Origin: Bacteroidales bacterium
GTDB lineage: Bacteria > Bacteroidota > Bacteroidia > Bacteroidales > ML635J-15
Assembly: GCA_017645925.1 (NCBI GenBank)
Contig: JAGCNN010000078.1
Span: forward strand, 1-57,183
Reading direction: 5' to 3'
Length of the DNA stretch: 57,183 bases
This document shows, piece after piece, positions 48,785 to 56,218 of this stretch (position 1 is the stretch's first letter; each line of letters begins with the position of its first letter). The position numbers were made by a program, and so were the translations under genes. The notes under the pieces are model-generated. The model had not been told where the DNA came from, ran no database searches, and saw only the letters and a list, made by a program, of their open reading frames with translations.

Positions 48785-48906
48785 AAAATCAGTTTCACTT
48801 CGCTAAAAGTCAGAAACTTGCCGTTTTTTGCGAGTTGCGTTTAAGACGCGAACCCGCAAAACGGCTTCAAACAGACTGACTTTTTACGCTTCGTTCCACT
48901 GATTTT
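48785..48906. repeat. 122-nt imperfect palindrome (three-segment long hairpin) in the ORF-free region upstream of giant gene 2
   Basis: The outer arms are AAAATCAGT (48785-48793) / ACTGATTTT (48898-48906). The middle arms are TAAAAGTCAG (48804-48813) / CTGACTTTTTA (48876-48886). The inner hairpin spans 48820-48865: GCCGTTTTTTGCGAGTTGCG-TTTAAGA-CGCGAACCCGCAAAACGGC. Pairings were checked by hand. Confidence 0.75.
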
Positions 48907-49167
48907 CTTAACGCTCACCAGCCAAGGCGGCAATCAAGGTATGCTCACTTCGTTTCGCGAGCTAAAGGTTCGCCGAAGGCGATGAGTAAAAAAACGAAAT
49001 CCGTCTTCGAGAAAATCCGTTTTTTTGCATTAACAAAATAAATCTCATCCGTTTTTTCCTCTGCCACCAATAGTGCCGTCAATCAAAAACGATATATGTA
49101 TTGATTGCACAATGCTATAAAAACCACAGCATTGCTCATAATGAACCAACGTAAAAACTACGCAAGA

Positions 49168-50328
49168 CTAAAATACGTTAGCATAGTTTTTCACATCATC
49201 GGCTGTAATTTCGTTTCCGCAAAGGATGACAAGCCTTTCAATCACGTTGCGCAGTTCGCGGATGTTGCCGCGCCAATTGATTTTTTTCAGTTCAGACAAC
49301 GCCTCAGCTGTTATTTTCTTTGCAGGGAAATTCTGTTCTTCGCAGCAGGTACGAATAAAATCGTCAACCAGCAGAGGAATATCGTCTGTCCTTTCGTTTA
49401 AAGTTGGCACATGAATAAGAATCACGCTTAGACGATGATACAAGTCCTCACGGAAATTTCCCTTTTCTATTTCCTCGCGCAGATTCTTGTTGGTAGCTGC
49501 CACAACACGCACATTTACAGTTACATCCTTGTCGCTTCCAATACGTGTAATCCTGTTTTCCTGCAATGCGCGAAGCACCTTTGCCTGAGCAGCAAGGCTC
49601 ATGTCGCCAATCTCGTCGAGGAAAAGAGTACCGCCGTCGGCCTGCTCAAACTTGCCAGCCTTGTCCTTTACGGCACCTGTAAACGAACCTTTCACATGAC
49701 CAAACAATTCACTTTCAATAAGTTCCGAAGGTATTGCTGCGCAATTCACCTCGACAAAAGGAGCTGCCGCACGATTGCTTTTCTCGTGAATCCAATGAGC
49801 TACAGCCTCCTTGCCGGTACCATTGCTTCCCGTTATCAGCACACGGGCATCGGTAGGAGCAACACGGTCAATCATTTCCTTTACCTTGAGCATGGCAGGA
49901 GTTTCGCCTATCATCTTGTACTTTGAATTAACCTTCTTTTTCAAGGTTTTGGTTTCGGTAACCAAGGTCGAACGGTCGAGTGCATTGCGTAATGTTACAA
50001 GTAACCTGTTCAAGTCCAACGGCTTCTGTATATAGTCGAAAGCACCTTTCTTTATTGATTCCACAGCCGTATCTATGTCGCCATGACCGGAAATCATCAC
50101 AATCGGAAGTTCCGGAAAACTGTCGTGAAGCTTTGCAAGCACTTCCATGCCATCCATCTTAGGCATTTTTATATCACAGAATACCGCATCAAACTTTGTT
50201 TCCGAAGCCTTGCGGAAACCTTGTTCGCCATCTTCAGCCACATCAACTTTGTGACCTTCAAGGCTCAATATATCGTTCAATGTGTTGCGGATGCTTCGCT
50301 CGTCGTCTATTACAAGAATCTTAGCCAT
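49168..50328 (-). CDS. Sigma-54-interacting response regulator (REC + AAA+ domains) lacking a C-terminal DNA-binding domain (386 aa)
   Basis: The REC domain shows ILVIDDE...[11 protein letters not shown]. The AAA+ domain has Walker A GSNGTGKE, the sigma-54 contact loop [13 protein letters not shown], Walker B LFLDEIGD and an [17 protein letters not shown] box. Only 24 residues follow that box, so there is no room for a Fis-type HTH. Confidence 0.85.
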   Translation of the reverse strand: MAKILVIDDERSIRNTLNDILSLEGHKVDVAEDGEQGFRKASETKFDAVFCDIKMPKMDGMEVLAKLHDSFPELPIVMISGHGDIDTAVESIKKGAFDYIQKPLDLNRLLVTLRNALDRSTLVTETKTLKKKVNSKYKMIGETPAMLKVKEMIDRVAPTDARVLITGSNGTGKEAVAHWIHEKSNRAAAPFVEVNCAAIPSELIESELFGHVKGSFTGAVKDKAGKFEQADGGTLFLDEIGDMSLAAQAKVLRALQENRITRIGSDKDVTVNVRVVAATNKNLREEIEKGNFREDLYHRLSVILIHVPTLNERTDDIPLLVDDFIRTCCEEQNFPAKKITAEALSELKKINWRGNIRELRNVIERLVILCGNEITADDVKNYANVF

Positions 50329-50383
50329 TGTATTTTCATTTTAAATCAAGATGCAAAGATAAGTTTTTTTCCTTTATGCTACA

Positions 50384-51400
50384 TCATTTGTCCGACTGAA
50401 GATATTCTCCAACCGACCATGCCGCTGCTCTTGCATCGTTTATTACATCATTTATAGTCATAGGACGTTTGCACGAACCTGCAACAAACAAACCCTTTTC
50501 AGAGGTTTCGTTGTCGCAAAGATGCGGAGTTGCAGTCTTTACATAGCCATATTCACCATCAATTCCACATTTCTTGCCAAGGTCACGTGTACCGCACGAA
50601 GCCTCCATACCAACCATAAGCACTAGCAGGTCGGCAGTCATCTTCATCGGAACGCCAAGCAAAGTATCTTCGGCCTTTATCTGAATCTTGCGGTCGAAAG
50701 TCGATGATGCCTCCGAAATTCTTCCTCGCACATAGCGGATGTCGTACTTTTCCTGCGATTCGCGGTAAAGTTCCTCGAAATGCTGTCCCCACATGCGCAA
50801 ATCCATATAGAAAATGTAGATTTCGGCTTCGGGAAGTATCTTCCGCACTTCAATAGCCTGCTTTACAGCCGTTACACAGCATACCTTGGAGCAATAGCGG
50901 TTGCCAGACTTTTCATCTCGTGAACCAACGCACTGCAGGAAAACAACGCGCTTTGGCGATTCGTTTATGGAGTTTACAATCTGGTTGTACTTTATCATCC
51001 TTTCCATATCAATGGAAGTAACAACGCCCTTGTATATGCCGTAGCCAAGTTCTTCCTTGCGCGTAGCGTCAAAGGTTTGATAACCAGTAGTAACAAGCAC
51101 TGCATCAACAAAATAGTTCTTTCCCGACTTGTCTACAATTTTCCATTCAGAATCGTTACGCACAATGTCAACGACCTCGGTGTTGAGCATCAACTTGATA
51201 TTTTCGTTAATCAGCTTTGAATTAAGGCTATCGGCGATTTCCGATGCACTTGAAAAATCGGGGAAAAGATAAGCCTTGTCAAGTATGTTGGATAGAGCCG
51301 TCGCCGACTTTTCAAAAAGCAACACTTCGTTTTCCCTTGCTAGGATTGATGCACTTTCGATACCTGCGGGACCTGCTCCTATAACTGCAATCTTTCTCAT
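50384..51400 (-). CDS. Short HdrA-like FAD/[4Fe-4S] oxidoreductase (338 aa)
   Basis: The N-terminal dinucleotide fold is KIAVIGAGPAGIESA. The HdrA-type cysteine cluster is CVGSRDEKSGNRYCSKVCC. The ferredoxin and MvhD-like domains of full-length HdrA are absent. Confidence 0.75.
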   Translation of the reverse strand: MRKIAVIGAGPAGIESASILARENEVLLFEKSATALSNILDKAYLFPDFSSASEIADSLNSKLINENIKLMLNTEVVDIVRNDSEWKIVDKSGKNYFVDAVLVTTGYQTFDATRKEELGYGIYKGVVTSIDMERMIKYNQIVNSINESPKRVVFLQCVGSRDEKSGNRYCSKVCCVTAVKQAIEVRKILPEAEIYIFYMDLRMWGQHFEELYRESQEKYDIRYVRGRISEASSTFDRKIQIKAEDTLLGVPMKMTADLLVLMVGMEASCGTRDLGKKCGIDGEYGYVKTATPHLCDNETSEKGLFVAGSCKRPMTINDVINDARAAAWSVGEYLQSDK

Positions 51401-51415
51401 ATCTAATGTTTTATA

Positions 51416-52483
51416 TTAAACTTTTAAATTCATTGGTTTTTCGGGAGATGGAAGGATTTCTCCATTTGCACCGCGATATTTTTCATTTGGCTTGTACGGA
51501 ATTCCAATCTTGTCAAGCAGATTTTCCACCTGAACCTGATGCAACTGCATTCCGAGTTTCCACGGGTCGTAGCCAAGCAACATTCCAGCCATTTCCTCGT
51601 AAGTGAGAACCGGAATACCATAGCCGTCCTTGTCATAGGTCTTGTTTTCCATCTCGGCGATGGTGTACTGCCATTTGTCCATGAACATCGAACATCCGGG
51701 GCAATTCGTTACAATAAAATCAGGCTCGAACGGCTCCATCGACTCAAATTTCTTCTTGGTGTTTGCTACCGAATAGCCACGGTTTTCCTGCAACAAATAA
51801 TGGCGGAAACCGAATCCGCAGCAATGACGGCGTTCGGGATAATCGACCACTTCCCCGCCCCACGCTTCAATCATACCGGCGAGAACATACGGGAATTCTG
51901 CCTTACCGATACCCTTTTCGGGAAAAATCTTGGCATAATGACAGCCTATATGCTCCACAACGCGCAAAGGCTTGCCTGTGAAACGGTTCACAAGCTGGTA
52001 TTTCATCTTTTCCTTCAGCTCGAAGCGGTATTTATAAATAATATCCGATGGGTGGACAAGGTTTTTGGGCACATCAAACTCGCGTCCAGTAGCTTCCTTC
52101 AAGTACTTGCGTGTCTTTTCGAGCATTTCGGGATGTTCCTTCCACATTTCCACCATTTCGGTAAAAATGCCGAACGAAGTCACGCACGAAGGCACATAGT
52201 TCTCGTAACCTGCTTCGGTCATCAGCGAGAACAGACGGGCAACAACCGTCATTGTCGTTTCGAGCGGAACAATGTCGGAATGATAGCCTATGCCAGTGCA
52301 AGTGTGCTGGTTGGCCTCATCGCGGATATCCTTGCCAAGTTCCTCGCGGAGAATTTTCAGAAAAGCCGTTTCCGAACCAGGGAAAAACGTCTGTCTGATG
52401 CAACTGCGCTCGTAGAAGAACTTGTCATCGGCAATTTCCTTCTGGTATTCGTTCCAATATCTTCTATTTTTTGATTCGTCCAT
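51416..52483 (-). CDS. HdrB-like CCG-domain protein (355 aa), first CCG domain degenerate
   Basis: The C-terminal half has HIGCHYAK...RHCCGFGFRH...VTNCPGCSMF (CCG domain). The N-terminal half has only remnants (HTCTGIGYH, PSCVTSFG). The gene ends 15 nt before the hdrA-like start. Confidence 0.7.
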   Translation of the reverse strand: MDESKNRRYWNEYQKEIADDKFFYERSCIRQTFFPGSETAFLKILREELGKDIRDEANQHTCTGIGYHSDIVPLETTMTVVARLFSLMTEAGYENYVPSCVTSFGIFTEMVEMWKEHPEMLEKTRKYLKEATGREFDVPKNLVHPSDIIYKYRFELKEKMKYQLVNRFTGKPLRVVEHIGCHYAKIFPEKGIGKAEFPYVLAGMIEAWGGEVVDYPERRHCCGFGFRHYLLQENRGYSVANTKKKFESMEPFEPDFIVTNCPGCSMFMDKWQYTIAEMENKTYDKDGYGIPVLTYEEMAGMLLGYDPWKLGMQLHQVQVENLLDKIGIPYKPNEKYRGANGEILPSPEKPMNLKV

Positions 52484-52504
52484 ATAACTATTCTTTCATC
52501 ATTT

Positions 52505-52565
52505 TATTTCAATCATTCTTTTTCAATCATTTTTTTAAGATGTTTGTTTTAGGATGATGGGATTT
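52505..52565. repeat. Left copy of a ~61-nt direct repeat (partner at 56219-56279)
   Basis: The left copy TATTTCAATCATTCTTTTTCAATCATTTTTTTAAGATGTTTGTTTTAGGATGATGGGATT aligns with the right copy TATTTCAATCATTCTATTTCAATCATTTCTTTAGGATGATTGTTTTGCAATGATTGAAATT. By hand alignment they are about 84 percent identical overall, and 42 of the first 46 nt match. Confidence 0.8.
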
Positions 52566-52571
52566 TGTTTT

Positions 52572-55247
52572 TTATTCCTTAACAACCTTTCGCTGTTCCA
52601 AAATAGAACCCGCATCTGTTCCGAAAATTCTCACGACATAAACACCTGCCGTCAATCCTTCAACATCGCAAACCGCATTCTCTCCGTTTATCTCCTTGCG
52701 GTAAACAACCTGTCCCATCACATTTACAATCTCAATTTCGGAAATTGTTTCCGTGGATGTTATGTTGAGAATGTCGCTGGTTGGGTTAGGGAAAATGGTA
52801 ATTGCGGAATTGTCGGTGTCGGAAATGCCAGACAGAATGTTCAGGTGAAGTGTAACGATTGAATCACAACCGTTTTCTGCCGTGAAATTCTGTACATAGT
52901 CGCCTGTTTCGGTGTACTCGGTGCCATTCCAAATGTATGGACTAGTTGCCGATTCAGTGAAACTATAATGCACGGAATTGTTTATTGTCAAATGCAGGGT
53001 AACAACAGAATCGCAACCGTTTGAAGCGGTGAAAGTCTTGTCGTATGTACCGCTTTCGGTATAGGTTTCGCCATTCCATTCGTATGAATCGCAAGCGGTG
53101 ACCTCTACAAATCCAGTCTGCGGATGGTTGATAGTCAGATGCAGGGTAACAACTGAATCACAACCATTAGAAGCGGTGAAAGTCTTGTCGTATGTACCAC
53201 TTTCGGTATAGGTTTCGCCATTCCATTCGTAGGAATCGCAAGCAGTGACCTCTACAAGTCCAGTCTGCGGATGGTTGATAGTCAGATGCAAAGTAACAAC
53301 CGAGTCACAACCGTTTGAAGCGGTGAAAGTCTTGTCGTATGTGCCGCTTTCGGTGTATGTTTCGCCATTCCACTCGTAGGAATCGCAAGCAGATGCTTCA
53401 ACACTTTCTGTCTGCGGATGATTTATTGTGAGATGCAGAGTAACAATCGAATCGCAACCGCTGTCGGATGAAATCGTTTGCTCATAATTTCCAGATTCGG
53501 TATATGTTTGATTGTTCCACAAATAACTGCCACAAGCAACTGCGGTAAAATCGCGTGTTGGCGATTCGTTTATTGTCAAATGCAAAGTGACAACTGAATC
53601 ACAACCATTTGATGCAGTGAAAGTCTTGTCGTATGTACCGCTTTCGGTATAGGTTTCGCCATTCCATTCGTATGAATCGCAAGCGGTGACCTCTACAAGT
53701 CCTGTCTGCGGATGGTTGATAGTCAAATGCAAAGTAACAACCGAGTCGCAACCATTAGAAGCGGTGAAAGTCTTGTCGTAAGTGCCGCTTTCGGTATAAG
53801 TTTGCCCGTCCCACTCGTAGGAACTGCAAGCAGTGACTTCGATATTTTCTGCCTGCGGATGGTTGATTGTTAAATGCAAGGTCAACACAGAATCGCAACC
53901 GTTGGACTGGGGAACAGTTATAGTATAATTGCCCGATTCGGTGTAGGTTGTGCCGTGCCACAGGTACGAACCGCAAGCCGTAGCCGATGTTTCGCCAGTA
54001 GGTTGCTGGCAATCCTGAGTGCTGAAATTCCACACTGCCGACCAAACCGAGTTTCCGCTTGCATTGTAGCCCTGAACGCGCCAGTAGTAGGTTGTTCCAT
54101 ACATAAGGTTGCAGGTTGCATTGGTGCCTGCTGTTGTTCCGTTGCGGACTATTGAAGCAAAATCATTGTCGGTAGCCACCTGATAGCGGTAGCCGGTAAC
54201 ATTGTCCAGTTCGTCCCATAACAGTTCCACTCCCGATGGTGCAATTTCGGTGCTGCCGTTTGCAGGACTAACAAGCGTTGGCGCAGTGGTCAATTGATAT
54301 GCTGTTGTGAAACGCCATACATTTGACCATCCAGAAGTATCTTCTGCATTAACAGCGCAAACTCGCCAGAAATATGTTGTACCAGAAAGCAAAGTGGATA
54401 TAGTAGAACTTATGTAGGTCGTGTAATTAGTTAGTGAAGATGATACATTCGAATTTTGCAATATTTCTGAATCAAAATTTGCAGTAGTGTCAACTTGAAG
54501 AATATATGACGAAGACCCCTCATTATTTGTCCATTGTAGAGTACAATATGCATTGGATTGTCCTATACTATTGTTTTGTGGAGAATAAAGTAAAACATTA
54601 CTGGCAGTTGAAAATCTTCTTACCGCCGAATAGTTAGATGTATCACTATCATCTCTGTTTGTAGCCCTCACGCGCCAATAATAAGTAGTGCCGTAATTTA
54701 AATTGTACAAATATTTCTCGTATGATGTTGTTGCAAATGTTCGATATAACGGGGAAGAAAATGTTGTAGTTGTATCCAAGTCAAATATATAATGTGCAGC
54801 ATAATTTATTTGTGAGCAAACGAGTTTAGTCCAAACAGCAGAACCATAATTTATTCCGTTTATAGGCGATTCTAAGTCCGGACAGCAAGTTATTGTAAAA
54901 TATCTCGTTACAGAATACATAGAAGTATCGGATGTATTAGTATTTATTGCTTTTGCACGCCAATAATATGTAGTTCCATAACACAGTTCATTAAAAGAAA
55001 TCACCCGATAATCCCTGTCTCGCTCTCCACTTTGAAAACAAGGAGAATTAAATGATTCCGTTGTGTCTATTTCTATTAAAAATCTATTTGCATCAGATTG
55101 ATAGTACCATTCTAATGATGGTAGTATTGTGTTTGAAATATATGCTCCATTTGCAGGTGATGACAATGTTGGAGGATTAACAGCAAATGAATTACTGACA
55201 ATCAATATCGTTATAAATAAAACAGCAAAGAATCTTTTCATAATCAC
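52572..55247 (-). CDS. Secreted T9SS cargo protein (891 aa), type-A C-terminal sorting domain, FN3-like repeats plus eight Cys-containing 49-aa repeats
   Basis: There is a signal peptide (MIMKRFFAVLFITILIVSNSFA). Four ~95-aa modules end in GTTYYWRV.A.N....S.WS....F.T. Eight repeats of the form C.SY.W.G.TYTESG.Y......NGCDS.VTLHLTIN follow. The C-terminus reads IFPNPTSDILNI...GVYVVRIFG. Confidence 0.9.
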   Translation of the reverse strand: MIMKRFFAVLFITILIVSNSFAVNPPTLSSPANGAYISNTILPSLEWYYQSDANRFLIEIDTTESFNSPCFQSGERDRDYRVISFNELCYGTTYYWRAKAINTNTSDTSMYSVTRYFTITCCPDLESPINGINYGSAVWTKLVCSQINYAAHYIFDLDTTTTFSSPLYRTFATTSYEKYLYNLNYGTTYYWRVRATNRDDSDTSNYSAVRRFSTASNVLLYSPQNNSIGQSNAYCTLQWTNNEGSSSYILQVDTTANFDSEILQNSNVSSSLTNYTTYISSTISTLLSGTTYFWRVCAVNAEDTSGWSNVWRFTTAYQLTTAPTLVSPANGSTEIAPSGVELLWDELDNVTGYRYQVATDNDFASIVRNGTTAGTNATCNLMYGTTYYWRVQGYNASGNSVWSAVWNFSTQDCQQPTGETSATACGSYLWHGTTYTESGNYTITVPQSNGCDSVLTLHLTINHPQAENIEVTACSSYEWDGQTYTESGTYDKTFTASNGCDSVVTLHLTINHPQTGLVEVTACDSYEWNGETYTESGTYDKTFTASNGCDSVVTLHLTINESPTRDFTAVACGSYLWNNQTYTESGNYEQTISSDSGCDSIVTLHLTINHPQTESVEASACDSYEWNGETYTESGTYDKTFTASNGCDSVVTLHLTINHPQTGLVEVTACDSYEWNGETYTESGTYDKTFTASNGCDSVVTLHLTINHPQTGFVEVTACDSYEWNGETYTESGTYDKTFTASNGCDSVVTLHLTINNSVHYSFTESATSPYIWNGTEYTETGDYVQNFTAENGCDSIVTLHLNILSGISDTDNSAITIFPNPTSDILNITSTETISEIEIVNVMGQVVYRKEINGENAVCDVEGLTAGVYVVRIFGTDAGSILEQRKVVKE
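52835..53985 (-). repeat. Eight tandem 147-nt coding repeats, several nearly identical at nucleotide level
   Basis: Compare 52990-53136, 53137-53283, 53284-53430 and 53578-53724. These differ at only a handful of positions. The protein unit ACDSYEWNGETYTESGTYDKTFTASNGCDSVVTLHLTINHPQTGLVEVT is exactly repeated. Confidence 0.9.
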
Positions 55248-55397
55248 AAAGTTAATGGCATTTATAATTTATATTTCTACCGCAAAAATACATTTTTTTT
55301 TCGATACTACAATGCTACGGAACATTTTAGGATGAAAAATGCATACAAATCCACAACCTATGTAGGGTGATTTGGGTTGGTTCAAGGGGTTCGGATG

Positions 55398-55417
55398 AGA
55401 CGCAACATTTTGCGTCT
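55398..55417. promoter_or_regulatory. Perfect palindrome AGACGCAA-CATT-TTGCGTCT upstream of hicB (candidate operator)
   Basis: The palindrome has 8-bp perfect arms. It lies 40 nt upstream of a TACATTTG -7-like box (55458-55465) and 69 nt upstream of the hicB ATG. No T-tract follows on either strand, so it is not a convincing terminator. Confidence 0.3.
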
Positions 55418-55485
55418 GTACAATTATTTTTCTTATTGTCGGTAAAGAAAAACGCATTACATTTGCGATAAATTCAATTGAAGTT

Positions 55486-55869
55486 ATGAATAACAGCAAA
55501 AACAAGGTTACGATTGCGGCAAAGTCAAATGTAGGAAACACCGAGTACCGTTTCAACATCGACTTCTATGTGTTCCAGTACGATGGCGAATATGTGGCTT
55601 ATTGTCCGTCGCTCGACATTACCGAAACCGGCGAAACTTACAGCCAATGTATATGCAGTTTCTATGAGAAATTCCAGATATATGCCGAATGGTGCATTGA
55701 GCACGGTACGCTCCTTGACGACCTGCGGAATCACGGATGGAAAATCCTCAAGACAGAATTAAGGCCTCCGTCATACAAAACGCAGATGGGCAAAGCGGAA
55801 ATGAAAAGACTGTTCGACAGCAATGTGAACTTCGAACGCATTGTTTCTCCAATGAGAGTTGCGCTGTGA
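55486..55869 (+). CDS. hicB: HicB-like antitoxin (127 aa)
   Basis: YRFNIDFYVFQYDGEYVAYCPSLDITETGETYSQCICSFYEKFQIY matches the HicB/UPF0150 N-terminal fold signature (..Y.A.CPELD....G.T.EEA...). I cannot recognise the C-terminal DNA-binding part. The gene is paired with hicA. Confidence 0.6.
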   Translation: MNNSKNKVTIAAKSNVGNTEYRFNIDFYVFQYDGEYVAYCPSLDITETGETYSQCICSFYEKFQIYAEWCIEHGTLLDDLRNHGWKILKTELRPPSYKTQMGKAEMKRLFDSNVNFERIVSPMRVAL

Positions 55870-56099
55870 AAAAGTTGTCGAACATATCGTTAAGGGAACT
55901 TAGACTAGTATTGACACAGTTGGGGCTGTCGAAGGAACGCACAAAGGGCGGACACGAAATCTGGTCGAAAGAAGGGCTTTGCAGACCTGTAACATTCCAG
56001 ACACACAAAGACCCCGTTCCCGAACTGGTGATAAAGAACATAATCCGCGATGTGAATATTACTCGCGACCAATTCCTCGAAATACTGGAAGAGATATAG
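55866..56099 (+). CDS. hicA: HicA-like mRNA interferase toxin (77 aa, GTG start)
   Basis: The GTG at 55866 overlaps the hicB stop (GTGA, 4-nt overlap). SLRELRLVLTQLGLSKERTKGGHEIWSKEGLCRPVTFQTHKDPVPELVIKNIIRDVNITRDQF fits the HicA pattern (L..L...G....R..GSH.......G....V..H.........++.I+...G+....F). Confidence 0.65.
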   Translation: MKKLSNISLRELRLVLTQLGLSKERTKGGHEIWSKEGLCRPVTFQTHKDPVPELVIKNIIRDVNITRDQFLEILEEI

Positions 56100-56218
56100 G
56101 AGTGGATATGCCTACGGCGTTTGAATGGCTACGCCGTTTCTCGCGTAGCGACTACCATGAGGTTTTAATGACTACGCGGTTTCTGGGGTTATGTGGGCAA
56201 CCTAAATTCACTTGCCTA

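Noticed and set aside
48785-48906. Invertible promoter (phase-variation inverton) upstream of the giant adhesin gene
   Set aside because: The 9-nt terminal inverted repeats enclose only about 100 nt. That enclosed DNA is itself palindromic, so inversion would barely change the sequence. No TAnnTTTG box lies between the arms, and no site-specific recombinase gene is nearby. A structured RNA or protein-binding palindrome is more likely.
48406-49167. Sigma-54 (-24/-12, TGGCAC-N5-TTGC) promoter for giant gene 2, driven by the adjacent activator
   Set aside because: Scanning both strands by eye found only TGGGCATATTGCA (minus strand near 48550-48565), whose GG-to-GC spacing is 3 nt too short, and TGGCAAAAAAG on the wrong strand (48737). 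Neither fits. A PWM scan is still needed, so this is unsupported rather than excluded. The TAnnTTTG-like boxes at 48501-48508 and 48614-48621 lack a properly spaced -33 TTTG.
52835-53985. Possible CRISPR or satellite array (147-nt period)
   Set aside because: The period is a multiple of three. The repeats are in frame inside an 891-codon ORF and encode a conserved Cys-containing module. There is no spacer-repeat alternation.
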